From the NCBI RefSeq assembly GCF_963976075.1, contig NZ_CAXBJH010000001.1: a stretch of 64,000 nt of DNA; one strand, 5' to 3'. Of this stretch, positions 19,288 to 27,981 are shown piece after piece. Each line of letters opens with the position of its first letter. The stretch's first letter is position 1. This DNA is from an uncultured Hyphomonas sp. (lineage in GTDB: Bacteria; Pseudomonadota; Alphaproteobacteria; Caulobacterales; Hyphomonadaceae). The translations under genes were made by a program, and so were the position numbers. The notes under the pieces were generated by a model. That model did no database searches. It was not told the origin of the DNA and was given only the letters and a program-made list of their open reading frames with translations.

Positions 19288-20430
19288 ATGCGCCATCTCA
19301 CCCCCCTTGTTCCGCTCGCCCTGTTGATCGCCGCTTGCGGAGGGCCGGCCGAAACCACCCCTGTCGCCACGAGTGATTTCGAGGTGAAACTCACCCCCGT
19401 TGTGACCGAGACCGAATGGCCCTGGGGCCTCGCCTTCCTGCCGAATGGCGACCTGCTCTTCACCGAGAAGGAAGGCGGCCTGAAATTCGTGGCTGGTGGC
19501 GAGGGCACCCCCTCCTCCGTGACCGGCCTGCCGGAAGCCTTCATCGAGGGTCAGGCGGGATATCTTGGCCTTGTGCTGGATCCGGACTTCGAGACCAACC
19601 GCATGGTCTATATCTCCTATTCCAAGGGCGACGGCGACGCGAATGCCGCGGCCGTCATCAAGGGCCGCCTCAGCGACGATTCCAGCGCGCTGGAAAATGT
19701 CGAGGAAATCTTCTGGGCCGATGCGCGCGATACCGCCTATCATTATGGCTCGCGCCTGCAATTTGCGAATGACGGCACCCTGTTCGTTTCCCTCGGCGAA
19801 GGCTTCAGCTTCATGAAGGATGCGCAGGACCCCATGAATACGCACGGCACCATCGTCCGCATCAACACAGACGGCTCAATCCCCGCAGACAATCCGTTTG
19901 CCGATGGTGAAGCCGGCGCGCCAGCGGTCTGGTCGTATGGCCACCGCAACGTCCAGGGTCTCTATTATGATGCCGCGACCGGTACGCTGTACGAGACCGA
20001 GCACGGCCCCAAAGGGGGCGACGAACTCAACCTCGTCACGCCGGGCACGAATTATGGCTGGCCGGAAATCACCTATGGCGTGAACTATGACGGCACCATC
20101 ATCACCAACAAGACCGAAGCCGAAGGCATGGCCCAGCCCCTGACCTATTGGGTCCCATCGATTGCCCCGTCCGGCCTCGTCATGCTGACCAGCGATGTCT
20201 ATCCCGGCTGGAAGGGCGACCTGTTCACCGGCGGCATGAACGGCCCGGCCGGTCTCGAACTGACCCGGATCGACATGGAGAATGGCGAAGTCGTCGGCAA
20301 GCAATCCCTGTTCGACGGTGAGTATCCGATCCGTGACGTTGTGCAGGGCCCGGACGGCCACCTCTATGTGGCAACGAAGGATTTTGACGGCATCTTTCGC
20401 GTGGACATTGCCGAAGCCGAAGCGGAATAG
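19288..20430 (+). CDS. PQQ-dependent aldose sugar dehydrogenase (YliI/GSDH family), lipoprotein
   Basis: LIAAC lipobox, PWGLAFLP, HYGSRL.F, SYGHRN.QG, EHGP.GGDELN, NYGWP. Confidence 0.92.
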   Translation: MRHLTPLVPLALLIAACGGPAETTPVATSDFEVKLTPVVTETEWPWGLAFLPNGDLLFTEKEGGLKFVAGGEGTPSSVTGLPEAFIEGQAGYLGLVLDPDFETNRMVYISYSKGDGDANAAAVIKGRLSDDSSALENVEEIFWADARDTAYHYGSRLQFANDGTLFVSLGEGFSFMKDAQDPMNTHGTIVRINTDGSIPADNPFADGEAGAPAVWSYGHRNVQGLYYDAATGTLYETEHGPKGGDELNLVTPGTNYGWPEITYGVNYDGTIITNKTEAEGMAQPLTYWVPSIAPSGLVMLTSDVYPGWKGDLFTGGMNGPAGLELTRIDMENGEVVGKQSLFDGEYPIRDVVQGPDGHLYVATKDFDGIFRVDIAEAEAE

Positions 20431-20436
20431 CTGCGG

Positions 20437-21051
20437 CTAGATATCCCGGCGGGACCGGAGAGCGGCGGCGAGCGTGCCATCATCAAGATGGTCCAGTTCG
20501 CCGCCCACCGGGACGCCATGCGCCAGCCGCGTGACGCTGACGCCCTTTCCTTCGAGAAGCTCGGCCACGTAATGCGCCGTGGTCTGGCCATCGACCGTGG
20601 CGTTCAGCGCCAGGATGACCTCGCGGATGCCGCCAGCCTCGACCCGCGCGACCAGGGACGGAATGTTCAGATCGTCCGGCGTGATCCCGTCAATGGCGGA
20701 GAGAACCCCGCCAAGCACATGATAGCGGCCGCGAAATGCGCCCCCACGCTCCAGCGCCCAGAGATCCGGCACATCCTCCACCACGCAGACGAGCGCATCA
20801 TCGCGCCCGTCGGCCTGACACACCGCGCAGGGTTGGACCGTGTCGAAATTCCCGCAGACCTTGCACCGCTCGATCTTCTCGCCCGCCTCTGCCAGCGCGT
20901 CGGCCAGCGGTTTCAGCAATGTGTCACGACGCTTCAACAGGAACAGGGCAACGCGCCGCGCAGAGCGGGGCCCGAGGCCCGGCAGGCGCGAGATCAGCTC
21001 AATCAGGCGAAGGATTTCAGGACCGGCAGAATTCTGGGACATGGTGTCCAA
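20437..21051 (-). CDS. recR: recombination mediator RecR
   Basis: [11 protein letters not shown] HhH, C4 zinc finger, Toprim CVVE...ATVDG. Confidence 0.97.
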   Translation of the reverse strand: MDTMSQNSAGPEILRLIELISRLPGLGPRSARRVALFLLKRRDTLLKPLADALAEAGEKIERCKVCGNFDTVQPCAVCQADGRDDALVCVVEDVPDLWALERGGAFRGRYHVLGGVLSAIDGITPDDLNIPSLVARVEAGGIREVILALNATVDGQTTAHYVAELLEGKGVSVTRLAHGVPVGGELDHLDDGTLAAALRSRRDI

Positions 21052-21104
21052 TGTCAGCTATTTGCCTGCGGTTGCAAGCACCAACGTGCGAAAGCAACAT
21101 CACG

Positions 21105-21137
21105 AAAAACAAAAACCCCGACCTTTCGGCCGGGGTT
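21105..21137 (-). terminator. intrinsic terminator after ctrA
   Basis: Minus strand AACCCCGGCC-GAAA-GGTCGGGGTT followed by a T-rich tail. Confidence 0.85.
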
Positions 21138-21171
21138 CGGGAAGCACTCTTAAAGCTTCAGATCGAGGGCG

Positions 21172-21885
21172 TCAGGCCGCCTCTTCGACTTCCGCCGTCT
21201 TGGAGCTAGGGCGTGGATCCCGCAGCACATAGCCGCGGCCCCAGACCGTCTCGATATAGTGATTGCCGTTGGTGGCATTCTGCAGCTTCTTGCGCAGTTT
21301 GCAGATGAAGACGTCGATGATCTTCAGTTCCGGCTCGTCCATACCGCCATAAAGGTGGTTGAGGAACATTTCCTTGGTCAGCGTCGTGCCCTTCCGGAGG
21401 GAGAGCAGTTCGAACATCTGGTATTCCTTGCCGGTCAGGTGAACGCGCTCTTCGTCCACTTCCACCGTCTTGGCGTCCAGATTGACAATGATCTCACCCG
21501 TGCGGATCACGCTCTCGGCATGGCCTTTGGAGCGGCGCACAATGGCGGTGATGCGGGCGATCAGCTCGTCCTTGTTGAACGGCTTGGTGAGATAGTCATC
21601 GGCGCCGTAGCCGAGCGTCTTCACCTTCGCTTCAATGTCCGGATTGCCGGAAAGGATCATCACAGGCGTGTTCACACGGCCCATGCGCAGCTGTTTGAGC
21701 ACTTCGTACCCGGAAATATCAGGCAGGGAGAGGTCGAGCACGATCATGTCGTACTCATACACTTTGCCAAGATCCACGCCCTCTTCGCCGAGGTCGGTGG
21801 TGTAGATGTTGAAGCCTGCAGCCTTCAGCATCAACTCGATGGAACGAGCCACCGCACTATCGTCTTCAATCAGCAGGACGCGCAT
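21172..21885 (-). CDS. ctrA: cell-cycle master response regulator CtrA
   Basis: MRVLLIEDD...TTDLGEEG...[51 protein letters not shown]. Confidence 0.98.
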   Translation of the reverse strand: MRVLLIEDDSAVARSIELMLKAAGFNIYTTDLGEEGVDLGKVYEYDMIVLDLSLPDISGYEVLKQLRMGRVNTPVMILSGNPDIEAKVKTLGYGADDYLTKPFNKDELIARITAIVRRSKGHAESVIRTGEIIVNLDAKTVEVDEERVHLTGKEYQMFELLSLRKGTTLTKEMFLNHLYGGMDEPELKIIDVFICKLRKKLQNATNGNHYIETVWGRGYVLRDPRPSSKTAEVEEAA

Positions 21886-21897
21886 CTCTCGTCTCCC

Positions 21898-21975
21898 GAA
21901 TCATCATTACGACCAAGCTAGCCGCATTTCCTGTCAATGTGAATCCTACGAGCTGTTCCTTTAACGAAGGTTAAC
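21898..21975. promoter_or_regulatory. ctrA promoter region with two GANTC sites and a TTAA-N6-TTAAC box
   Basis: GAATC at 21898 and 21941; TTAA-CGAAGG-TTAAC at 21961-21975. Confidence 0.65.
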
Positions 21976-22020
21976 AAGCCGTACGATCCGCCCCCAAAAC
22001 TTCTACTTTCTTCACACAGA

Positions 22021-22860
22021 TTAATAGCCAAGATCAGCACCCTGGCGGCTACCAATCAGCATCTGTGAGATGGCGATTGCGTCCTGGATCGGCTGTGCCT
22101 GCTGGTCTGTGGAGATCAGCGTCTTCTGGCAGCGGATCGCATCACGCACCTTTGGATCCCGCATCACGGTCCCTGCCAGGTGAGGACGGAAGCCGAGGAA
22201 TGTCTGACAAGCACGGGCAATCGCTTCATAGGTGCGCTGACCTGCGGCCCGGGACTCGGCCTGGTTGATACAAATGACGGGTTCGACGTTCGGCGCATAG
22301 CCGCGCAGGACCTTGATGAAGGCATACGCATCCGTCATCGAGGTCGGCTCGTCGGTAATCACCATGAGCGCCTTGTCGGCAGCCCGTGCGAGACGCATGC
22401 AGTTCGCTTCGATCCCGGCGCCGAGATCGACCACCACTTGATCGTATTGCAGCGCCAAAGCAGACAGGCCCGCGGCGAGGCGGGCAACTTCTTCGGGGGG
22501 CAGTTCAGCCAGCGCACCGGAGCCGGATCGGCCCGGCAGCACGTCAAAGCCGCCATCCGCCGCGCCGCCATCAACTGGCGTCACCGCATCATCCAGTTCG
22601 ACCCAGCCGGCGATCACCGCAGCGAGGTCTGTTTCCGGTGCAATACCCAGCTGGACGTCGACATTGGCCAGGCCAAGGTCGCCATCCACCAGCAGCGTGC
22701 GCTTGCCGGCCTGTGCGAATGCGGAGGCCAGTGTGATGGCCATGAAGGTCTTGCCAACACCGCCCTTGCCACTGGCAACGGCAATGATCGAGGCTGGCGC
22801 GACGCGCGGAGTCGGGCGTTGGGACGGCCGTTCCTGCGATTTTCGAAGCATGAAGCTCAT
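22021..22860 (-). CDS. flhG: MinD/FlhG (FleN/MotR)-type ATPase
   Basis: Deviant Walker A GKGGVGKT, DGDLGLANVD, VVDLGAG, EPTS.TDAY; directly downstream of flhF. Confidence 0.8.
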   Translation of the reverse strand: MSFMLRKSQERPSQRPTPRVAPASIIAVASGKGGVGKTFMAITLASAFAQAGKRTLLVDGDLGLANVDVQLGIAPETDLAAVIAGWVELDDAVTPVDGGAADGGFDVLPGRSGSGALAELPPEEVARLAAGLSALALQYDQVVVDLGAGIEANCMRLARAADKALMVITDEPTSMTDAYAFIKVLRGYAPNVEPVICINQAESRAAGQRTYEAIARACQTFLGFRPHLAGTVMRDPKVRDAIRCQKTLISTDQQAQPIQDAIAISQMLIGSRQGADLGY

Positions 22861-22864
22861 AAGT

Positions 22865-23875
22865 CTACGCAGCTCCTTTCAGGGCGATGACATCGCCTGG
22901 GGCGTCTTCCATCAACAAGGCAGCCAACCGGGAAGGCGCTGCCGGCACCAATCCGCCGCCGATGAAAGGCGTAACGGCAAGGTGTGAGAAGGCGATGCCC
23001 GCCGAGGACAGGGCGGAGATGGCCCCTCCCCGTCTGCGGGCGATATCGAGTTTTGTGAGAATGGCGCGGCGAATGCCGGCGCGGGCAAAGATGCGGGCTG
23101 CATCTGCCTGATCTTCCGGATGGCCTTCGGCCGACATGACGAGCACGGGCTCGGCGCGCACGACCTGGATCAGGTCCTGCAGGCTGTCCATGTCGTCCTG
23201 GTCGAATGGATTGATCGAGGGCAGGTCGATGACGCAGCGATGTCCGGCGTCGCGCGCGGCGCGCAGCATGTCGAACAGGGCATCCGGCGTGGTGGCGGTG
23301 CGGATCTGGCCCCGCTCTTGCTCCAGATAGGCGGCCAGCTGTGCACCGCCGGCCGTGCCGTCGAGGTCAGCTGCCACCGGCAGGATGGCCGTGCGGGCCA
23401 CAGCCGCGCGACGGGTCAGCTTGGCCGCGGTTGCGGTACGGCCATGCCCCGGAGGGCCAATCAGGATGATATCTTTTTCCATACGCGCCGCGATGGGGTC
23501 GCAGGTCACGATGCGCTCAAGTCCGGCGGCAATCGATTCCTCTGGCGAATCGCCTGGAATGGCGTTCTGGCCAGCGCCTTCATGCGCCACTCGCTCGGCA
23601 AAGCGTTTGGGCGCACCATGCCATAGCAGGGCGTCGCGCACACGACTGTAGAGGGGGTTTTCGGATCCGCGGCCATGTCCGGCGCCACGCGCCTCTCGCA
23701 GGAACAGCGGCTCGCTTGGAACCACGCCGCCTCCGAGTTTGTCGGTTGCCGCGCGAACTTCCACCCCACCCTCGATCTCCCGTTCGGACAGGATGACGGC
23801 GTCAGCTCCCATTTCGGCAAAAATCATCGCTTTGGCGGCCTCAAGGGACTCCGCGGCGAACATCTTCATGCGCAT
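22865..23875 (-). CDS. flhF: FlhF-like SRP-family GTPase with degenerate G motifs
   Basis: FlhF-type N-terminus (F.A.S...A...I..EMG.DAVILS.R), GPPGHGRT, TKLD. Confidence 0.8.
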   Translation of the reverse strand: MRMKMFAAESLEAAKAMIFAEMGADAVILSEREIEGGVEVRAATDKLGGGVVPSEPLFLREARGAGHGRGSENPLYSRVRDALLWHGAPKRFAERVAHEGAGQNAIPGDSPEESIAAGLERIVTCDPIAARMEKDIILIGPPGHGRTATAAKLTRRAAVARTAILPVAADLDGTAGGAQLAAYLEQERGQIRTATTPDALFDMLRAARDAGHRCVIDLPSINPFDQDDMDSLQDLIQVVRAEPVLVMSAEGHPEDQADAARIFARAGIRRAILTKLDIARRRGGAISALSSAGIAFSHLAVTPFIGGGLVPAAPSRLAALLMEDAPGDVIALKGAA

Positions 23876-23955
23876 GTCTGCATGTTCCCTTTGTGTTGAT
23901 CACCCCGCCGATTGCCACCCCAATAGGCCGGCAGGACATGCTTCCGTTGGAGGCA

Positions 23956-23977
23956 GTTAACACCGTGAAAGGTTAAC
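23956..23977. promoter_or_regulatory. paired GTTAAC (CtrA half-site-like) elements upstream of flhF
   Basis: GTTAAC at 23956-23961 and 23972-23977 in the AT-rich fliN-flhF gap; spacing is non-canonical. Confidence 0.45.
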
Positions 23978-24041
23978 AACTTCCTTTCTTCCGTTAGGAA
24001 TTGGGCGGTGTTGCAGGGATTTAATGATATTTGCCTGAAGG

Positions 24042-24308
24042 TCAGGCAGCAGCGCGATCGTCGACGATTTCCGACAGAGTCACGCCCAATTGGCCATCGG
24101 CTATGACCAGCTTGCCCCGCGCCATCAGGCGATCCGACAGATAGATATCGACCGGCTCATCGGTATGGCGCTCCAGCGCGACGATGTCGCCTTCGGCCAT
24201 CGCCATCAATTCCTCGATCGGCATGCGCATTTCGCCGAGAACCACATCCACCCGGACAGGCACATCCATCAGGCTTTTCTTCAGCGCGGGATTGGCAGAA
24301 TCAGTCAT
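24042..24308 (-). CDS. fliN: flagellar C-ring protein FliN (SPOA domain)
   Basis: DVPVRV.VVLG..RM.I.EL.....GD.V.L.R...EPVDI......ARG..V...GQLGV.L.EI. Confidence 0.88.
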   Translation of the reverse strand: MTDSANPALKKSLMDVPVRVDVVLGEMRMPIEELMAMAEGDIVALERHTDEPVDIYLSDRLMARGKLVIADGQLGVTLSEIVDDRAAA

Positions 24309-24709
24309 GGCTTTCCTTCAGGTGCAACACGCTTCAGGGATTGCTGGGCATCGAACAGATCGCCCTGCCCGTCGAGAATGGTGCGGGCTGTAGCCCTTAT
24401 TAACGCATGGGCCCGGTCACTGAAACCCTCGTCATACGCGCAGGCCTCCAGATGGCCGGTCAGCGCCACCAGATTGGCGAGCGCCTCGTTGAGCGCATTC
24501 GTGACGCCTTGCAAGCGTTCGGTTTCGGCGCGGGCCTCTTCTGTCCGCACAGAGGCGGCGCCCTCAGCCCGGGCTTCGGCCAGCATGTCCAGCAATTCCG
24601 GCGTGGTCAGCTTCACCGGCGGGTCGATCTCGACCGGGGCCGGCGCGCTTGCGCTGAAATCGCTGCGGAAGTCGAAAGGGGTCACGGATTTGACGGCGCG
24701 ATGGATCAT
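24305..24709 (-). CDS. short FlbE/FliH-like protein (N-terminal part only)
   Basis: Position between fliG and fliN; N-terminal FDF motif and AEARAEG coiled coil; only 134 aa. Confidence 0.6.
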   Translation of the reverse strand: MIHRAVKSVTPFDFRSDFSASAPAPVEIDPPVKLTTPELLDMLAEARAEGAASVRTEEARAETERLQGVTNALNEALANLVALTGHLEACAYDEGFSDRAHALIRATARTILDGQGDLFDAQQSLKRVAPEGKP

Positions 24710-25635
24710 TCGACGAGTTCGTCCTCGTCTTGCGGGCGTCCGGCGCGAATGTCTCCGCGCTCGATCAGGGTGCGGGCCAGATCGACCAGTTCCATCCGGG
24801 CGGTCTCGATCTCGCTGCGACGCACCGCGCCGAGCATGTCGATTTCCTCGCGCAGCAATTCGCCCGCGCGCTGCGTCATGTTGCGGAAGAAGGCCGCACG
24901 GGTTTCCTCGCGCGCGCCCTTCAGCGCATAGGTAAGGCGCGTCCGGTCCGCAGCCGACAGCAGGGTCTGCAGGCCGCCGGCGTCCAGATGAGCGAGATCA
25001 TCAAAGGTGAACATCAGCGCACGGACCCGCTCGCCGGATCCCGGCACGGCGGATTCAAGCGCAGACAAGAGGCTCTGTTCGGCGCGGCTGTCCATCCGGT
25101 CGAAAATGCGGGCGACGCCTTCATGGCCCCCGGTGCGCGCAGCTGGCGCAGCGCTTGTCATCCAGGCCGACACGGAGGCTTCGAGCGCAGCGATGGCACT
25201 GGCATGGGCAGGCCCGAGATGCAGCAGGCGTTGCATCACATCGACGGCCACAGGTTTCTCAATGGCCTTAAGGAGGCGTGCAGAGGCCTTGCCGTCCAGA
25301 CGCGACAGCATCAGGGCAAGCGCCTGAGGGTGTTGTCCCTGTGCCAATTGCAACAGGTCGCGCGTTTCCAGGGCGGACACTTTCGCCCAGACCGGCGCCT
25401 CGGGCGTGGCCTGCGCGCCGGTGCGCTCATGCGCCTGTTTGTAGCTCGCCAGCGTGTCTGCTTCATCGCGAAGATCGTCGTCGAGCGCGTCCATTGCCGC
25501 CGACAAAGCGCGGGCTTCCTGCGGGCTCAATTCGTTCCAGACGGGCGCGGCTTCCGGACCAAGCGCACGCATCAGGCGAGCGGACTTGGCGAGGCCAGTC
25601 GCGCCGCTCGGACGGGCAATCGCCAGCACGCTCAT
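24706..25635 (-). CDS. fliG: flagellar motor switch protein FliG
   Basis: HPQ..AL.LS.L, MFTFDDL..LD, ALKGA, F.RNM.QRAGELLREEI...G.VR. Confidence 0.9.
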   Translation of the reverse strand: MSVLAIARPSGATGLAKSARLMRALGPEAAPVWNELSPQEARALSAAMDALDDDLRDEADTLASYKQAHERTGAQATPEAPVWAKVSALETRDLLQLAQGQHPQALALMLSRLDGKASARLLKAIEKPVAVDVMQRLLHLGPAHASAIAALEASVSAWMTSAAPAARTGGHEGVARIFDRMDSRAEQSLLSALESAVPGSGERVRALMFTFDDLAHLDAGGLQTLLSAADRTRLTYALKGAREETRAAFFRNMTQRAGELLREEIDMLGAVRRSEIETARMELVDLARTLIERGDIRAGRPQDEDELVE

Positions 25636-26315
25636 GCGGCGTCTCCTTCACCGCGCATCCAGCTGCGCAGGATCGAGGCTGTGCGGGCCGGATCCTTTCG
25701 GACCAGCGACGCGGCATCCGGGTCTGGCTGGCGAACAGGACGGGGCTTGGGCGCAGAGATGATATCTGCCGTATCGACGCGCGCGGGCTTTCGCTCGGCA
25801 GGCGCACCAGCGCCCTTCCCTTCCGGCGCGATCTCAAGCGGGGCGCGAAACCCGACCCAGGCCAGCAGGCCGCAGAGCAGCGCATAGAGACCAAGCTCTG
25901 TCCAGCCGGTCGCATCGGGGCGCCCGGCGACGCCGCGGGCAAAATCGGCCTGTTCAATGATCAATTGGTCACCGGCTTCCGGCGATAGCAGGATGGCCGA
26001 CGTTGCGAGGCGTTGCAGGGTGGGGGCGGTCTCGCTCGCATCAGAGGCCAGCAGGATCAGGACTGACCGGCCAGAGCCGCCAGTGCCCATCACAGACAGG
26101 CGGATGTTTCCCTTGCCGGCAACCGGTTCGAGGATGCCCATCAGGGAGGTCTCGACGGCTGAGCCCGGCACCCAGGCCTCAACCGGCTGGGTAAACAGGT
26201 CGCTGGCGCGCCAGCTGCCCAGCACGCCTGCGATCACAAGCGCAAACAGCGCGACTGCTCGTGTGGAGAGCATCGCGCTGCCTTGGAATTTCGCAAGCCT
26301 GTGGTCCATCAGCAA
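25632..26315 (-). CDS. miniature FliF-like MS-ring protein (227 aa)
   Basis: Two TM helices; ILEPVAGKGNIRLSV and LATSAILLSPEAGDQLII (RBM3-like halves); C-terminal DPARTASILRSW; overlaps the fliG start. Confidence 0.75.
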   Translation of the reverse strand: MLMDHRLAKFQGSAMLSTRAVALFALVIAGVLGSWRASDLFTQPVEAWVPGSAVETSLMGILEPVAGKGNIRLSVMGTGGSGRSVLILLASDASETAPTLQRLATSAILLSPEAGDQLIIEQADFARGVAGRPDATGWTELGLYALLCGLLAWVGFRAPLEIAPEGKGAGAPAERKPARVDTADIISAPKPRPVRQPDPDAASLVRKDPARTASILRSWMRGEGDAA

Positions 26316-26381
26316 CTCCCGGCGCCGGGTACATTTCCGGCATTCAGGACCATTGATAGGCGCTGGCGTGTAAATTTGTGT

Positions 26382-26403
26382 TTAACGGAAAGGATTCCGT
26401 TAA
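26382..26403. promoter_or_regulatory. palindromic operator upstream of mini-fliF
   Basis: TTAACGGAA-AGGA-TTCCGTTAA perfect 9-bp inverted repeat containing GATTC (26393-26397). Confidence 0.55.
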
Positions 26404-26415
26404 CCGTAAAGCGTC

Positions 26416-26688
26416 CTAGCGGCGATATTGCTGCAGACGGGTGGTCCGCAGACCCTTGGTTCCGTGACGGGAGTAAAGCTTCTCCCAGGTCTCGAATTCT
26501 TCATCGCTCAGGCTATAGCGATCGCAGGCTGCCTTGCGGGTCAGAAGACCGCCGGAAACTGCTGCAACGACTTCAGCCTTGCGACGGGTAACCCAACGGG
26601 AAATGTTGGGTGACGGAAGATCCGCCAGGGTCAGCATCTGGCCATCCGGGCCCGGGACGCTGAGGTTACGTGCATTGTGCTGTTCCAT
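26416..26688 (-). CDS. sciP: CtrA inhibitor SciP (DUF1153)
   Basis: GPDG..LTLADLP.P...RWV.RRKAEVVAAV.GGLL...AC.RY.LS.EEF..W......G..GLR.TR.Q.YR. Confidence 0.95.
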   Translation of the reverse strand: MEQHNARNLSVPGPDGQMLTLADLPSPNISRWVTRRKAEVVAAVSGGLLTRKAACDRYSLSDEEFETWEKLYSRHGTKGLRTTRLQQYRR

Positions 26689-26898
26689 GTCCACACCATT
26701 CTTGTTGTCGTGACAGGACTGCCCGGCTTCTCCGGGCGCCATGTCGTCCAACATACAGTGTGGGTTTTAAGCCGAGGCATAAGCGACCTCGTCAGTTTCA
26801 CTCCCCGGGTTAGAAGAATGTTTGTAAAGCTGTACCGGGCCGGGACAATCACCGGGAATCAGCTGGATTCATTACAGAAAATATAATTTACGCCCGGA

Positions 26899-27981
26899 TT
26901 ACGCCAACAATACCAGCGCATCATTCTCCCGCGCCTGAGCCGCATGACGGCGCAGCATGGTGAGGAACATCTCGTCGCCCCGCTCGGTCTGTTTCACCAG
27001 CATCGCCGCCCCGAAGGCCACCGACATCCCGTAGAAACTGAACCAGCGATAATGCCGGTAGAGTTCATCGAACGAATAATCGGTGATGCCCTCTTCCGTC
27101 AGCCGGGCATGATAGTAGCGAAGCAATGCCTGTTCATGCCTGGGCCGGTCCTCGCGGGTCAGGCCCGCCCCGATGAAATAGGCAACATCCCCCGCAGGAG
27201 CGCCCTTGCCAGCCGTTTGCCAGTCCACGACGGCCAGCGGCTTGGGGGCGGACTCGGCGCCGAACAGCATATTGTCCAGCCGGAAATCATTGTGCGTCAG
27301 CGCGTGCGGGCCATCATAGCCTTCGCTCCAGGCTGGCAACGCGGCCGCATAGGCATCACCGACAAGGATGTCGGCAGCCTCCAGCCTTTTACCATACCGC
27401 TCCTTGAATCCCTGCCACAGGCCGGACACCGCTTCCGGACCAAGGGCGGGCGGCGGGGCCAATTCACTGCCCTGCAACCAGGCATAATTGTCGAGCGACG
27501 GGTCATTCCAATGCGCCGCATGCAGCACAGCGGCCGCCGACAGCGCCCGCTCGGCCTCGGCCACGCTGCAGCCCTGCAACTGGTCGCCCTGCTCGGACGG
27601 CGCCATGTCTTCCATGATCAGGGCGAACCGGTTCGTGTCCGCATCATAGTCGGTGTAGAACGCCGCTGGTGTGATCACACCCGCCACTTTCGGAAAGGTG
27701 CGATAGAATTTCACTTCGCGCTCATAATGACCAAGCAGCTTGGCTGTCATCAGGCTTTCAGGGCTGTCGGACGGAAACTTGCCAACCAGCGTCGACGGCG
27801 CATCCGCACCCTTGCGGGCATAGTCGAACACGAAACGGACATTCTCGCCGATCTGGCCGGTCCCGATGGATTTCGCGGTGAGGCTGGCGACTTCGGCATC
27901 AATCCCGATTTCTTCAAATAGCGCATTGAACCATTCCGCTCCAAGTGAGAGCGGGTCCGCGTCGAGGCCTGGTCGGCTCAT
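26899..27981 (-). CDS. phosphotransferase (EcKL/DUF1679, APH-like kinase fold)
   Basis: IGTGQ, RE..FY, MED, LTHNDFRLDNMLF, VVDWQ. Confidence 0.85.
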   Translation of the reverse strand: MSRPGLDADPLSLGAEWFNALFEEIGIDAEVASLTAKSIGTGQIGENVRFVFDYARKGADAPSTLVGKFPSDSPESLMTAKLLGHYEREVKFYRTFPKVAGVITPAAFYTDYDADTNRFALIMEDMAPSEQGDQLQGCSVAEAERALSAAAVLHAAHWNDPSLDNYAWLQGSELAPPPALGPEAVSGLWQGFKERYGKRLEAADILVGDAYAAALPAWSEGYDGPHALTHNDFRLDNMLFGAESAPKPLAVVDWQTAGKGAPAGDVAYFIGAGLTREDRPRHEQALLRYYHARLTEEGITDYSFDELYRHYRWFSFYGMSVAFGAAMLVKQTERGDEMFLTMLRRHAAQARENDALVLLA

